Positions 54,142 through 64,000 of a stretch of DNA of 64,000 nt are shown one piece after another (within the stretch, counting starts at the first letter, position 1; the number at the start of each line of letters is the position of its first letter). The DNA lies in assembly GCA_000004985.1 (NCBI GenBank), contig GG738870.1; one strand, written 5' to 3'. This stretch comes from Naegleria gruberi (Eukaryota). The notes below the pieces were generated by a model that did no database searches, was not told where the DNA came from, and worked only from the letters and a program-made list of their open reading frames with translations. A program made the position numbers and the translations under genes.

Positions 54142-54471
54142 TTTTGTACAAACACCATCCAAACAACCAACACTAAGATAATCTTTATTGTCACTCTCTA
54201 AGAGGATGTGAAAAAAGATTCTAATTATATTATTTCAATAACAACATTATTTATTATCCAAACTAAACATCCATCAAGATATTAAATATGATGTGTTACT
54301 ATTTGATATCAAGCCAAGGGACCAAATATCCTTGTGTTGATGGTTAAATTCAACCTTCCAAATTGCAAAACCATCACCACATCAACTCATTAAATTTCAC
54401 GTGTTAAAAAATCCCGATATTCTTCTTGATCAAATATCACATCATCAACTCGAACAGAAGAATTACTCACA

Positions 54472-57156
54472 ATGAAATATCGACAAGAACGATCGTTGAT
54501 ATCATCACCAACATGGACTTTATCCCTTCTTCTATTATTTATTGTAATTTTATACTATTGTAAACATGATGTTTCATCAACGACAATTATCACAGATGAT
54601 TACCAAAGGATGTTGAATATTAATGATGATGATCAATTGGGAAGTATTGGATCGGGGAAAACAAATCCTACCAACATTAAAACTGTTGGTGAATATTCAC
54701 AACCATTTTCAAGTCATCAATCATTAGATTTGACACGACTTGTTGAGGATGATGATGCATCAACAAATCAAGTTGCAGCATCAAACAGTTCTCAGCACGT
54801 TTGTCCTTTCATATTATATGGAAAACATTGGGATGAATATAAAACAAATTCAAAGAATAGAAATACGAAATTTAATTCCGAAAGAGAACGAATGTTTAAT
54901 GAGAGAGTTTTTCTGTTTAATCAGACAGAGTGGACTTTTAAATTTCCAGAACAGAAAAATCCACTAACATGCCCAAAGTTTACATTAAACAAGTGGAGAA
55001 GATATGTGCCAATGGTCAACCCAGATGAAAATATTCTTTACTATTTAGGAAAGGAGGTTGAATTTTGTAAATCATATGATAAATGGACCTATGAACAAAA
55101 ATTTCTAATTAATGGAACAATAGTTGTGAAGAATGTGACTGAATATTTCAATTTTGGGCAAGTTTGTGATAAATTGTTTTGCTTTCCACAGAATTTACTA
55201 GATTTAGTAAGAAATGACAATTTTAGATATGGATTGAATTTTACAGAACTCATTACCAATTCTACCATTTTCTTGAACATGTTTCCACAACGTGTAGTGT
55301 TACAATTTTTAGAAAAATGGGCCATCAGTTATGATGACAATTTGGAACACGATTTTGATCCTCAAACATTGGAAGTTTCACAACAATTGAACAAGATAAT
55401 GCATCAAATCGTTCCATTCCTACCTTTTAATTTTACAAATTTGAATCAAATTGCAGAATATTATACTGCTTGTAATACTTGCAGAGATTACAACAAGTAT
55501 CCAGTTTTGCCATCGAGAGATGTTTGTATTGCTATAGATTTTCCATTTGAATGTAATTATGGAAATCGAAATTCGACCAATCATTTAAGAGATGGATATC
55601 CACTCATTGAAATGGTCTCTAGAAGAAATAGTATTTTCAGAAATGTCATGAACATGACAGCAGAACCTTTGTGTTATTGTCCAAGGCCTGGCTCTGTAAA
55701 AGTGAATGCTTTAGGAAATGATGTAATATTCTCTGAAGTAAGCTTCTTTTCCACAAAGGTTGCTTCACAATGTGATGTTTTTACTCAATTTTGGTATCCA
55801 TTGCATGATTCAAAATTCTTGAGTATTATTCTGGTCATGTTGGAAATACTTTTGAATTTTCTCTTATTTGGAATTGTATTGGTTCCATTGTTGATTCAAT
55901 TTACTAAGGAAGTATTCATGAAATTGAGAGGAAAACCTTTCAAAATTCCAAAACTGAGGTCAATCCTGTCAAATCATGATAAAACATTTGCCAAAATTAT
56001 TGAGAAGAATAGTCAAGCAAGAAATGCCAACAAGTCAACTGAATTTTCCAATACTCTATTCATGTTCACTACCTCTGCATATAATAAGAGATCTTGGAAG
56101 AGAATTTTGTTTGATTTGAGACTCTACTCTGCATTGGCATTGCAAATGGGCTATTTGTGCTTTTTGGCATCTGACATTCTTGGAACTTCTTCCACCATTG
56201 AAAGTCCTACTGAAATTAATACATCAGAATCAGTCATGTTCTTAACAGGATCTGGATTTACACTTATTGGAACCATGCCAATCCTAGCCATGTGGGTCGA
56301 TGTAATGAAAAAGACTGAAAACAATTCTGAAAGAATTTCACTCAAGATTAGTATTCCTCTCTTTCTATTCATGACATTTGGAGTTGCTGGAGTGGTTGCC
56401 TATGCCATTACTGATTATTTCAGTTCATTCTTCTCCTCTGCTGTTTTCATGTTGTGTTTGGTTGTAATTTTTGTTTGCGTAATTATTGGACTTTTCATTT
56501 ATGGATTTAAAATTTATTGGAATTTGAGAAAGGTTTCGAGAATTAATTTTTTCCAATTCAGATTTACTAGATTTTTGGTGGCTTCCTCATTCTTTGTAAT
56601 CTTTCCAGCATTTTACATGGTTTTTGATATTGCCACAAGTATTTATCAGAGTGAGAGTGGTCTGTATCCAAGTAATCGATTCTATTACTTGTATTCTCCA
56701 TTTATTACAAGTATTTTCCTTCTAGCTTATGGATCTTCATTGATTTATGTTTTGTTTCCATCAATGAAATTATTAATGGAAAGTTACCGATTGTTTGTGT
56801 ATTGTACATTGTGTTGTTGTGGAAAATCACCAAGAGTTAAGGCATTTATGAAGAAACATCAAGAATATAGAGATGAATATGAAGGTTCTTGGGATAATTT
56901 GTCTGAAAATGGAAGTGTACAAGTTGGAAGATTACCTTATTTAGTAACTAAGAGTCAAAAATCCTTAAAATCAGTTGAAGGAACAACATTTGACGATCTG
57001 AGCATTAATTTGAATCATTCCAGTATTACAATTAATGGAGAAAATTTACAAAATTTGGATGCCATTCCAGTAGATGATTCAATTTATTATGAAAATCAAA
57101 TTGATTCATCTCCAAAAACTGAAAAACAAAAAGAACTTTCACAACCACTTCTCTAA
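54472..57156 (+). CDS. Seven-transmembrane receptor-like protein (894 aa) with a large Cys-containing N-terminal ectodomain
   Basis: ATG at 54472. N-terminal signal/anchor, then about 430 aa extracellular with many Cys and N-glycosylation sites, then seven hydrophobic helices (FLSIILVMLEILLNFLLFGIVLV ... YYLYSPFITSIFLLAYGSSLIYVLF) and a cytoplasmic tail. The family is not identifiable by eye. Confidence 0.55.
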   Translation: MKYRQERSLISSPTWTLSLLLLFIVILYYCKHDVSSTTIITDDYQRMLNINDDDQLGSIGSGKTNPTNIKTVGEYSQPFSSHQSLDLTRLVEDDDASTNQVAASNSSQHVCPFILYGKHWDEYKTNSKNRNTKFNSERERMFNERVFLFNQTEWTFKFPEQKNPLTCPKFTLNKWRRYVPMVNPDENILYYLGKEVEFCKSYDKWTYEQKFLINGTIVVKNVTEYFNFGQVCDKLFCFPQNLLDLVRNDNFRYGLNFTELITNSTIFLNMFPQRVVLQFLEKWAISYDDNLEHDFDPQTLEVSQQLNKIMHQIVPFLPFNFTNLNQIAEYYTACNTCRDYNKYPVLPSRDVCIAIDFPFECNYGNRNSTNHLRDGYPLIEMVSRRNSIFRNVMNMTAEPLCYCPRPGSVKVNALGNDVIFSEVSFFSTKVASQCDVFTQFWYPLHDSKFLSIILVMLEILLNFLLFGIVLVPLLIQFTKEVFMKLRGKPFKIPKLRSILSNHDKTFAKIIEKNSQARNANKSTEFSNTLFMFTTSAYNKRSWKRILFDLRLYSALALQMGYLCFLASDILGTSSTIESPTEINTSESVMFLTGSGFTLIGTMPILAMWVDVMKKTENNSERISLKISIPLFLFMTFGVAGVVAYAITDYFSSFFSSAVFMLCLVVIFVCVIIGLFIYGFKIYWNLRKVSRINFFQFRFTRFLVASSFFVIFPAFYMVFDIATSIYQSESGLYPSNRFYYLYSPFITSIFLLAYGSSLIYVLFPSMKLLMESYRLFVYCTLCCCGKSPRVKAFMKKHQEYRDEYEGSWDNLSENGSVQVGRLPYLVTKSQKSLKSVEGTTFDDLSINLNHSSITINGENLQNLDAIPVDDSIYYENQIDSSPKTEKQKELSQPLL

Positions 57157-57369
57157 TATTTACTTTTTTGATAAAAAAGGCAATAAATATATTAGAAATT
57201 AGAAAATTATTAAAAAAATTCAAATAATTAAATAATTTTAAAATCATCAAATCTTCAAAAAATCAATAATTTTATAACAGTAAAATATTACACAATAATT
57301 ACTTGTTAAATATTCCTTCAATATCAGTGGAAATGGCCACATTTAGTAAAAAACAAAATCTAAAAAAAA

Positions 57370-57819
57370 ATGCAGCAAGACAATCAACATGACGATGAAG
57401 TGGATCCATTCGCTCCTCCACCACCTCCACCATCATCAACACCAACACCAACAAACGGAAGACAACAACATCAAGAAATTGATGACGATGGACCAATGGA
57501 AGTTTTAGTAGAATATTCGTTTAGAGACTTTGAACGTTTTACTCATGTTACTCCGAATGATATGATTTCTTATCAATCGGGTAAAAAGAGTTTTTATGAT
57601 GTGTTGTATGATATCAAGACACCTTGTGGAGAAATTTATAATAACATGATGAATTATGTTCATAATATGGCCATTGCACAACAAAAGGATATTTCTGTGG
57701 ATGATATTAGAGATTCTGTTGAGAGAAAAACATTTTTGGAATGTATTGATTTCCATTCCCATTTATATGAAGTTCGTACAAAGAATTTGGTTCTCAATAT
57801 TGAAGGTAATTCAAAATAA
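57370..57819 (+). CDS. Small hypothetical protein (149 aa) with an N-terminal poly-Pro stretch
   Basis: ATG at 57370. No domain recognised. The stop falls inside an aggtaat string. Confidence 0.35.
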   Translation: MQQDNQHDDEVDPFAPPPPPPSSTPTPTNGRQQHQEIDDDGPMEVLVEYSFRDFERFTHVTPNDMISYQSGKKSFYDVLYDIKTPCGEIYNNMMNYVHNMAIAQQKDISVDDIRDSVERKTFLECIDFHSHLYEVRTKNLVLNIEGNSK

Positions 57820-58025
57820 GTGTTGTAATGTTTGATATTGTGTTAATACGTGGATAATTTCATCTTGTTGTATTTATATTGAAACGACAATATTAAAGTG
57901 TCAATTAGGATTTGTTTTTTTAATTATTACCATTTCAGCATTGTTTTATATATTATTAATTAATTATTTTTGTCATTCCTCAATATTTTAAATTCAAGAA
58001 TATTCGAATTAGTGTGAAATTAAAA

Positions 58026-59113
58026 ATGCTTCAACAACAATTGGTTACTTCATCATCGTATCATTCCATTCAACAATTAAATCATCAAGCTCTTTTGAAT
58101 ATTTGCCAATATTTTGTCGATTTATCATCTTTATATTCCTTCCGATTGTCATGTAAATATATTCATGAGGAAATTTCCAATAACATTGAAGAGGAATTTT
58201 ACAAGTTTTATATTCAACACACCCTTTCAAAATTCCACTTTTCCAAAATTACTTCTCTATTCGATGAGGAAGAAGATAGGACGTTCGGAATCGAGTTGAA
58301 AAATTGTAGGAAATTACTGCAGGATTTTCTGAGAGAACCATTCATTAATGTTCAATATGATGAAAATGATTCTGATTTTAAAAGATATTTGGGATTGGGA
58401 GGTGTTGTTAGAGTGAGCATGTTTAAACCATGTGAATTGTTACAGATATTGATGAGAAATTTACACATCAAGGAGTGTGAGAAAATTCACAAAGTGCCAT
58501 TCCACAAGTATTTACTCATTTCTTCTCTATTTCCAGTATTGGATTGTCATGGGATTCAAATCAGAATGGATTGAGTGAATGGAATCAAGCTTATTCCAAT
58601 TCTAATAATTGTAATAGTGAAATTGAAAATGAAATTGCAGAGCTAAAAGTTTCACCTGGAAAATTACTCCTCTGGATGTGTAATCGTCCAGTGCATCCAA
58701 ATGATGAATTGGAGGGATCTAGCGATGAGGAGGAAATTTACATAGATGGAGAGTATGAGAGTAGTAGCAGTGATGATGAGGAATATGCCTATGTGGAGAC
58801 TATCGAGAATATCAAATATAATCCTCCATGTGAAATATCTTTCAAACTAAAAGATGCTAAATGGAATCCATATGGAGAGAAATCATTGAAATACCACTTG
58901 ATTTCCAATAAGCCACATGAGGAAAGAGTGGAAGATTACAAAATGTGTGACATTTTTACATTTTGCTCAAGACCTCCAAGTAGTAACTATGTTAGGAAGG
59001 GTCATGAAAAGAATTTTGAATTGGCTGTCAAGAAATTGAGAAGTAACTTGTTCAATAACTTTGAGAATATCTATACTCTCGATTGGTCTGGTACTATTTC
59101 AAGAAATAGGTAA
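58026..59113 (+). CDS. F-box-like protein encoded by two exons joined by a candidate 29-nt intron (58508..58536). Spliced product is about 350 aa.
   Basis: Track ORFs 58014..58574 and 58544..59113 overlap in different frames. Removing gtatttactcatttcttctctatttccag (GT...polypyrimidine...AG, length 3n+2) fuses them in frame (...KVPFHN|IGLSWDSNQNG...). N-terminal F-box-like LLNICQYFVDLSSLYSFRLSCKYIHEEI. The first ATG is 58026 (58014 is a GTG). Confidence 0.5.
58508..58536 (+). other. Candidate ultra-short spliceosomal intron (29 nt; the alternative is a frameshift)
   Basis: GTATTT donor, pyrimidine tract, CAG acceptor. It restores a single reading frame across the 58014/58544 ORF overlap. Confidence 0.45.
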
Positions 59114-59162
59114 GTTGCATTGTATTATTTCAATGTCATACAAAGTACATTTCTAATATATT

Positions 59163-59633
59163 TTGGAATGTTTTGGAATAGATGCTGGAGTATCTTTTGG
59201 CAAAAAGGATTGGAATGGTGGGGTTGTTTTGCCTTTACCTTATACAATATTGAAAAGGGTGTATTCATTGTTACTCTTGCATCAGAATCTGACTAAGTTT
59301 TCAATTCAATTTGGATCTATTATTTCCAACCTTGCCAAGTTCATTCCCATCTCAGATTTGATATTCTTATTTAAGGAAACCATCTACGGACGGTATTATC
59401 TCAACAAGCATTTGCATCTCTCATATTCGAAATTTGTATTCAAATGTAAATCTTACTCAACCCAATTTACAATCATTCCATTCAAATATAATTCCATTCC
59501 TTCCAATATTAACTCTCCACTAGTGCTAGTATTGAACTTGCTCCAACGACTATCTGATATCAGACGATTCTACGTATGTGTTGACTTGATTAAAAGAGCA
59601 GTCGTCAACCATCATATGATACATGAACAGTAG
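59163..59633 (+). CDS. Hypothetical ORF (156 aa; TTG in the track, first ATG at 59168). It may be a 3' exon of the upstream gene or spurious.
   Basis: Open frame only. The upstream gene's stop lies within a perfect AG|GTAAGT donor-like string at 59108..59115, but I found no in-phase acceptor. Confidence 0.2.
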   Translation: MECFGIDAGVSFGKKDWNGGVVLPLPYTILKRVYSLLLLHQNLTKFSIQFGSIISNLAKFIPISDLIFLFKETIYGRYYLNKHLHLSYSKFVFKCKSYSTQFTIIPFKYNSIPSNINSPLVLVLNLLQRLSDIRRFYVCVDLIKRAVVNHHMIHEQ

Positions 59634-60413
59634 ACTCACCAACATCAACTAATAACACCTTTCAAAACAATAAAACAACATCAGTACAAGTAGGCTTGTT
59701 GTCTTTGTGGTTACAAGCAAGCCTTGGTTTTGGATTCTTCATCATATTATCGACATTCCTTTTTCTTCCAATTCCTTCAAAAAGCATTAATTTGCCATCT
59801 ATTATCATTCTCGGTCGGTTCATTCTCTATCCATCGATTACTAGTAGGCTTTCTGAAAAACAATCATCAAAGCCTTTTCCCATTCATTGAACTTATAATA
59901 TTCAAAAAGGCTTTTTCTCTCTTTTTCTATTATTATTATTATTAATTAATCTAATATTTAAATATTTATATTATTCATCCTTAATTCTCATCATCGGCTC
60001 AAAAAGCTTCCATCAAATAACTACAAAAACAACGTTGAGAGTTTTTTTCCTTTTGTTTGTTGTTGGCCCGACCTCTGTTTTCAACAAACTTTAAAAAAAA
60101 CCAAGAAATTATTATTCAGCAATACAACTCTTCGGCTTTGTGTTCAGAAAAACAGCGAAGAAGAATATTCAGAGAGTAGTACATTATTCCATATTATTAT
60201 TATATAATTTGAGGAGGATAACAAAGATATCGTATTGTTGTGGTGTACTGAACAATTATTGGCGAAATAGATCGTTTTTAATAATCAATACATATTTAAA
60301 CATTAATAGGAGATAAATATCATCATCATCAGTAAAGAAAATAATAACAAACTTCATCATCAAAATATAATACCTATTACTAATAATAATAGTAACACAA
60401 AAGACAAAATATA

Positions 60414-61951
60414 ATGGGCAATCATAATTCTAGCCACAAAGGAGCACCTCCAAATAATGCCAATCGACAGGATAATAACATACCCAGACCTGGTTCATCA
60501 CACGCTTTTCCAATCGTTATTGATGATTCTGGTAAGTTTTCAAAATAACAAGTATTGACAGCAAACAATAATAATATTAATATTTTCTTCTTCTTTTAAT
60601 ACAATGATAATGATGAACTAATTATACAGGACAAAGAAGGAGTACAATAGCGTCTGGTGGAAACTTGATGGCAACATCTCAAGGCAGGTCTCACTCACTT
60701 GTCAATACAGGACAAAATGGTAGTTTACCAAACAATTCTTTCCACTTGCAAATTAATAATAACACTAATGGAGCTCAAGGTAACTCTGCCGGTACACCTC
60801 ATTCTCCAACAACACCAAATCAAACAATACCTACAACTACAAATAATACAACAACAGCAACACAACCATCAACAAATCCAACTGGTCCTTATCCTGTGGG
60901 ATTGGTGATATCTGGAAAGTATAGATTGATGAGTAAAATAGGAAATGGAGCTTTTGGAGAAGTGTTTTTAGCTGTAAATTCACAAACATCAGACCAACAA
61001 CAAACAACAACAGAATACTATGCTGTCAAATTGGAATTAATGCCAACACGTAACCAACAAAATATGGCAGGAAAACAACAATTGATCTATGAAGCTAAGG
61101 TTATTAATTATTTATTCGGAACACACAGTAGTAATAACAGTAGCAATATGCCACAAACACCAGTTGTGGGAATACCGAGAGTCTATTGGTATGGATCTGA
61201 AGGAGCATACAATATCATGGTTATGGATCTTTTAGGACCATCTCTTGAAAGTCTTTTCAAGAAATGTAATCGTAAATTCTCCTTAAAGACTGTACTCATG
61301 TTAGCTGACCAAATGATTCAACGAGTTGAATTTACACACCGTAGGAATTTTGTCCATCGTGATATTAAACCAGATAACTTTTTAATGGGAAGAAAACCAT
61401 CATCTAGCGGACAAGTTTCTTCATCCACCAGCACGACAGCAAATGGAAACTTGTCAAGTGATAACACTGTGTATATGATAGACTTTGGATTATCTAAAAT
61501 GTACATTAGCGATAAAGGACACATTCCTTTAAGGAAAGATAAACACCTCACAGGTACTGCTCGTTATGCTAGTTTGAATAATCACAAAGGATATGAACAA
61601 TCAAGAAGAGACGATTTGGAATCACTGGGATATGTATTATTGTATTTCCTCCGAGGAACACTTCCATGGCAAGGTTTGACAGGAAAGACTAAAGAAGATC
61701 ACTATAACAATATTTATAACAAGAAGAAGAATATCAAGGTTGTTTCTCTTTGTAAGGGTTTACCTATTGAGTTTGCTACTTATTTGAATTATACCAGAGG
61801 TTTGAAGTTTTTCCAAGAACCTGACTATTTGTATCTGAGGAATTTATTCCTTAATTTATTCGTGAGAGAAAGATACTCATTGGATTATGAATGGGATTGG
61901 ATAGTTCAAGAACGAAAGCAACGCACGGAACAACAATCACAACAAAGATAA
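60414..61951 (+). CDS. Casein kinase 1 family Ser/Thr kinase, two exons (60414..60531 and 60630..61951). Exon 1 supplies an N-myristoylation-type N-terminus.
   Basis: Kinase motifs [32 protein letters not shown] and CK1-specific [29 protein letters not shown]. Upstream ATG at 60414 encodes [13 protein letters not shown]... The donor GTAAGT at 60532 and acceptor ATACAG ending at 60629 join in phase with the track ORF (...VIDDSG|[17 protein letters not shown]...). Confidence 0.8.
60532..60629 (+). other. Spliceosomal intron (98 nt, GTAAGT...CAG, about 80% AT)
   Basis: Canonical splice signals, with exon phases matching (phase 1). Confidence 0.65.
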
Positions 61952-63022
61952 TTGAATAATGCTATGGCTGTAAATATAGTTCTTAATGCGCGTTATATTC
62001 TCCATGACAATCAAACCCCTAAATCCCTTCCTTTCTCCCCTTTACCACCTTATTGTAATATCAATATAACTCACTTTGTGTTTTGTATTTTATTGTAAAA
62101 TTAAGCTAATTGCTTCTACAGTTCAAGTTGACTGAATCAATTTTGTTTGGTGAGATTGACATGTAATCTTCGACAAGATTTCAGTGATGAATTGACATGA
62201 TAACCTTCCAAACGAATCAACCTTTTGACATGTTTAGTTTATCATCTCGGATTGGATGGAGAACATTTCTTCCTGCTTCTCCGTTGGCTTTTTATAGTAT
62301 CTCATGCTTTGACTTTGTAAAATTAAGCGCAAAACTAATTTGTCCTTAGATTACCAAGATATTCGTTCTCAATCTAGAAAAAGTTGGTGCGAAAGGATTC
62401 GTGAACTTCTAATATGTAAATGTAAATGTAATACAATTACAATTTATTCGAATATTTTGTAATAATTTACAACTATTGAAAAAAGGCCACTTTATATCAT
62501 TATCGATTTTCTATTGCCCCATTTGAACCTGTAAAAACAGGAAATATTTACAGAACCAACCCTATCTCATTAATTTTTTGACACTTTCGTATTTGTGTTG
62601 AGTTTCGGCAACCTCTCTTACCACTAAAACATTTCTCATGCTCATCCATCATTTCCAATATTATCGTAAGAATCGAAAAGCGCCCAAACGTTTAAATCGT
62701 GGTTTCTAAAGGCAGTCCTTTATTCGAAATGGAAGAAACCCTACAATATTAGAGAACAATTTTCGATAACATTCACCAGTCCCGAGTGCACTATTGAAAA
62801 AAAACGAGCTAACTGATCCATCACCACCACATTATCCTCTTCTATTCGAAACTAATTCTCTCTGATTCAATAGAAGAAGAAAAAATCACAAGGTATTTTC
62901 CTACTCCGAGAAGAACAATTATACAGTTTGCCTTGTTTTCCAAATTCACTCTTCATCCCATACAAACATAGTACCGTATTGTGTTTCACCGTAAAGTCTC
63001 CAACTTCATACAAAATCACACA

Positions 63023-64000
63023 ATGAGCATCACCATCGACACGCTGCCTCAACAGCAACAACCTCATCATCAAATCGGCAGCACAAACACTCCAACAACA
63101 CCACAAGCACAAATAACTCCCGCCATTATTACAACACCCACAAACAACGAATCACACCAACAACAACAAACAAACAACTCGACGCCAAATGGTAATACAA
63201 CAAATAACAACAAACATCATCATCACTATACAAGTAGTGGGGGTGGAAATGGTGGATTACTTTCAGTGGCTACTCTGACAACAAATAGTTTCATGTTGAA
63301 TAATACACCATGTACGCCTTCGGTGGTTTCATCAGTGAATACATTGAGTAAGTCTCAATCGAATGGAAATTTGGGCATGTCGACGGCTATTGGTGGAAAT
63401 AGTAATATTGGAATGATGAATATTGGAAATGGTATTCATAATGGTCAACCTCCTGCTTCTACCAATAATCCACAAATGAATTTATGTGGATTTTTACTGA
63501 AAAACAGATGGAAAATTCAAGGTTTATTGGGACAAGGTAGTTTTGGAAGTATTTATTCGGCACACGATTTGGTGACTTCTGAGGAGGTTGCTATTAAAAT
63601 TGAGAAGGTTCAGTCAACGAGTAATCAACCACAAAATGGTCAACCAGTTACACCACAGGCTTCTTCACTGAAGGTTGAAGTTTGTGCATTGAAAAATTTA
63701 CAAAATTGTCGTTATGTTGTCACTTATATTCACAGTGGAAGACAGTACATTACTTATGGCAGTGAAAATGTAGCTCTCAACTTTTTGGTAATGGAAAGAT
63801 TGGGAGAAAATTTAGCAGAATTGAGAAGAAAAAACGCTAATGGTGTTTTTAATCTTGCCACAACAATGAGATGTGGTGTTCAAATGATTGATTGTATAGA
63901 GGAAATTCACAAGTCAGGATTTTTGCACAGAGATGTTAAACCTGCTAATTTTGTTACTGGTAGAACAAGAAATGCGAGAGGAAGAATATTCGTTATTGAT
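63023..64000 (+). CDS. Second CK1-superfamily kinase (CK1/TTBK-like), 5'-complete and running off the window end. It is absent from the ORF track because no stop lies within the window.
   Basis: ATG at 63023 (MSITIDTLPQQQQPHH...). Open frame to base 64000. Asn/Thr/Gln-rich N-terminus, then a kinase domain with LGQGSFGSIYSA, VAIKIEK and LHRDVKPANFV. Confidence 0.75.
   Translation, partial: MSITIDTLPQQQQPHHQIGSTNTPTTPQAQITPAIITTPTNNESHQQQQTNNSTPNGNTTNNNKHHHHYTSSGGGNGGLLSVATLTTNSFMLNNTPCTPSVVSSVNTLSKSQSNGNLGMSTAIGGNSNIGMMNIGNGIHNGQPPASTNNPQMNLCGFLLKNRWKIQGLLGQGSFGSIYSAHDLVTSEEVAIKIEKVQSTSNQPQNGQPVTPQASSLKVEVCALKNLQNCRYVVTYIHSGRQYITYGSENVALNFLVMERLGENLAELRRKNANGVFNLATTMRCGVQMIDCIEEIHKSGFLHRDVKPANFVTGRTRNARGRIFVID

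Noticed and set aside
57370-59113. Possibility that the 57370..57819 ORF and the 58014..59113 gene are exons of one gene, via the aggtaat donor-like string at the first ORF's stop
   Set aside because: No AG acceptor in 57960..58030 gives the correct phase to join the two frames, so they are treated as separate genes.
62867-63112. 81-aa minus-strand ORF
   Set aside because: It overlaps the 5' end of the clearly coding + strand CK1-like gene (63023..>64000) in antisense. It is spurious.
1-64000. A ciliate origin (Paramecium-like) suggested by the (CCCAAA)n telomere unit and the roughly 29-nt candidate intron
   Set aside because: All long ORFs are intact under the standard code, with TAA/TAG used as stops and Gln encoded by CAA/CAG. 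A LINE is present. Both facts argue against a ciliate macronuclear genome with reassigned stop codons.
1-64000. Search for tRNA, rRNA and CRISPR features
   Set aside because: No GGTTCGAATCC-type T-loop boxes with matching acceptor stems were found, no rDNA-like conserved blocks were seen, and CRISPR arrays are not expected in a eukaryotic nuclear contig. The only regular direct repeats are telomeric.

Overview
This window is a eukaryotic chromosome end from an AT-rich, gene-dense, intron-poor nuclear genome. Translation uses the standard code. The gene content is protist-like, with features reminiscent of Amoebozoa; I cannot place the organism more precisely from sequence alone. The + strand opens with about 430 bp of terminal telomeric repeat (CCCAAA)n, so the G-strand unit is TTTGGG. 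A second (CCCAAA)n array of about 450 bp lies 0.7 kb inside. About 9 kb of gene-poor, AT-rich subtelomere follows; apart from one small ORF it is non-coding and built from degenerate segmental duplications, here called repeats A, B and C. Several runs of N are assembly gaps. The first conserved gene is an actin (10.0-11.0 kb, minus strand, interrupted by a gap). After it comes a compact array of roughly 25 genes. They include a 2167-aa NHL-repeat, EGF-repeat, single-pass receptor with a predicted pseudokinase tail, an F-box protein fused to an atypical small GTPase domain, a GH38 alpha-mannosidase, a head-to-head pair of F-box-like paralogs, a full-length non-LTR retrotransposon, a short-chain dehydrogenase, a 1.2-kb secreted EGF-repeat protein, a bacterial-type DUF1697 protein, a PAK/STE20 kinase, a SHAQKYF-class Myb, a chromodomain protein, a NASP-like histone chaperone, a 7-TM receptor-like protein, and two casein-kinase-1-family kinases, the second running off the window end. 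At least two spliceosomal introns are visible: a 98-nt GTAAGT...CAG intron that adds a myristoylatable N-terminus to CK1, and a candidate 29-nt intron that joins two overlapping ORFs. I found no rRNA or tRNA genes. The ORF track uses non-ATG starts (TTG, GTG) shown as M, so several starts were re-derived by hand.
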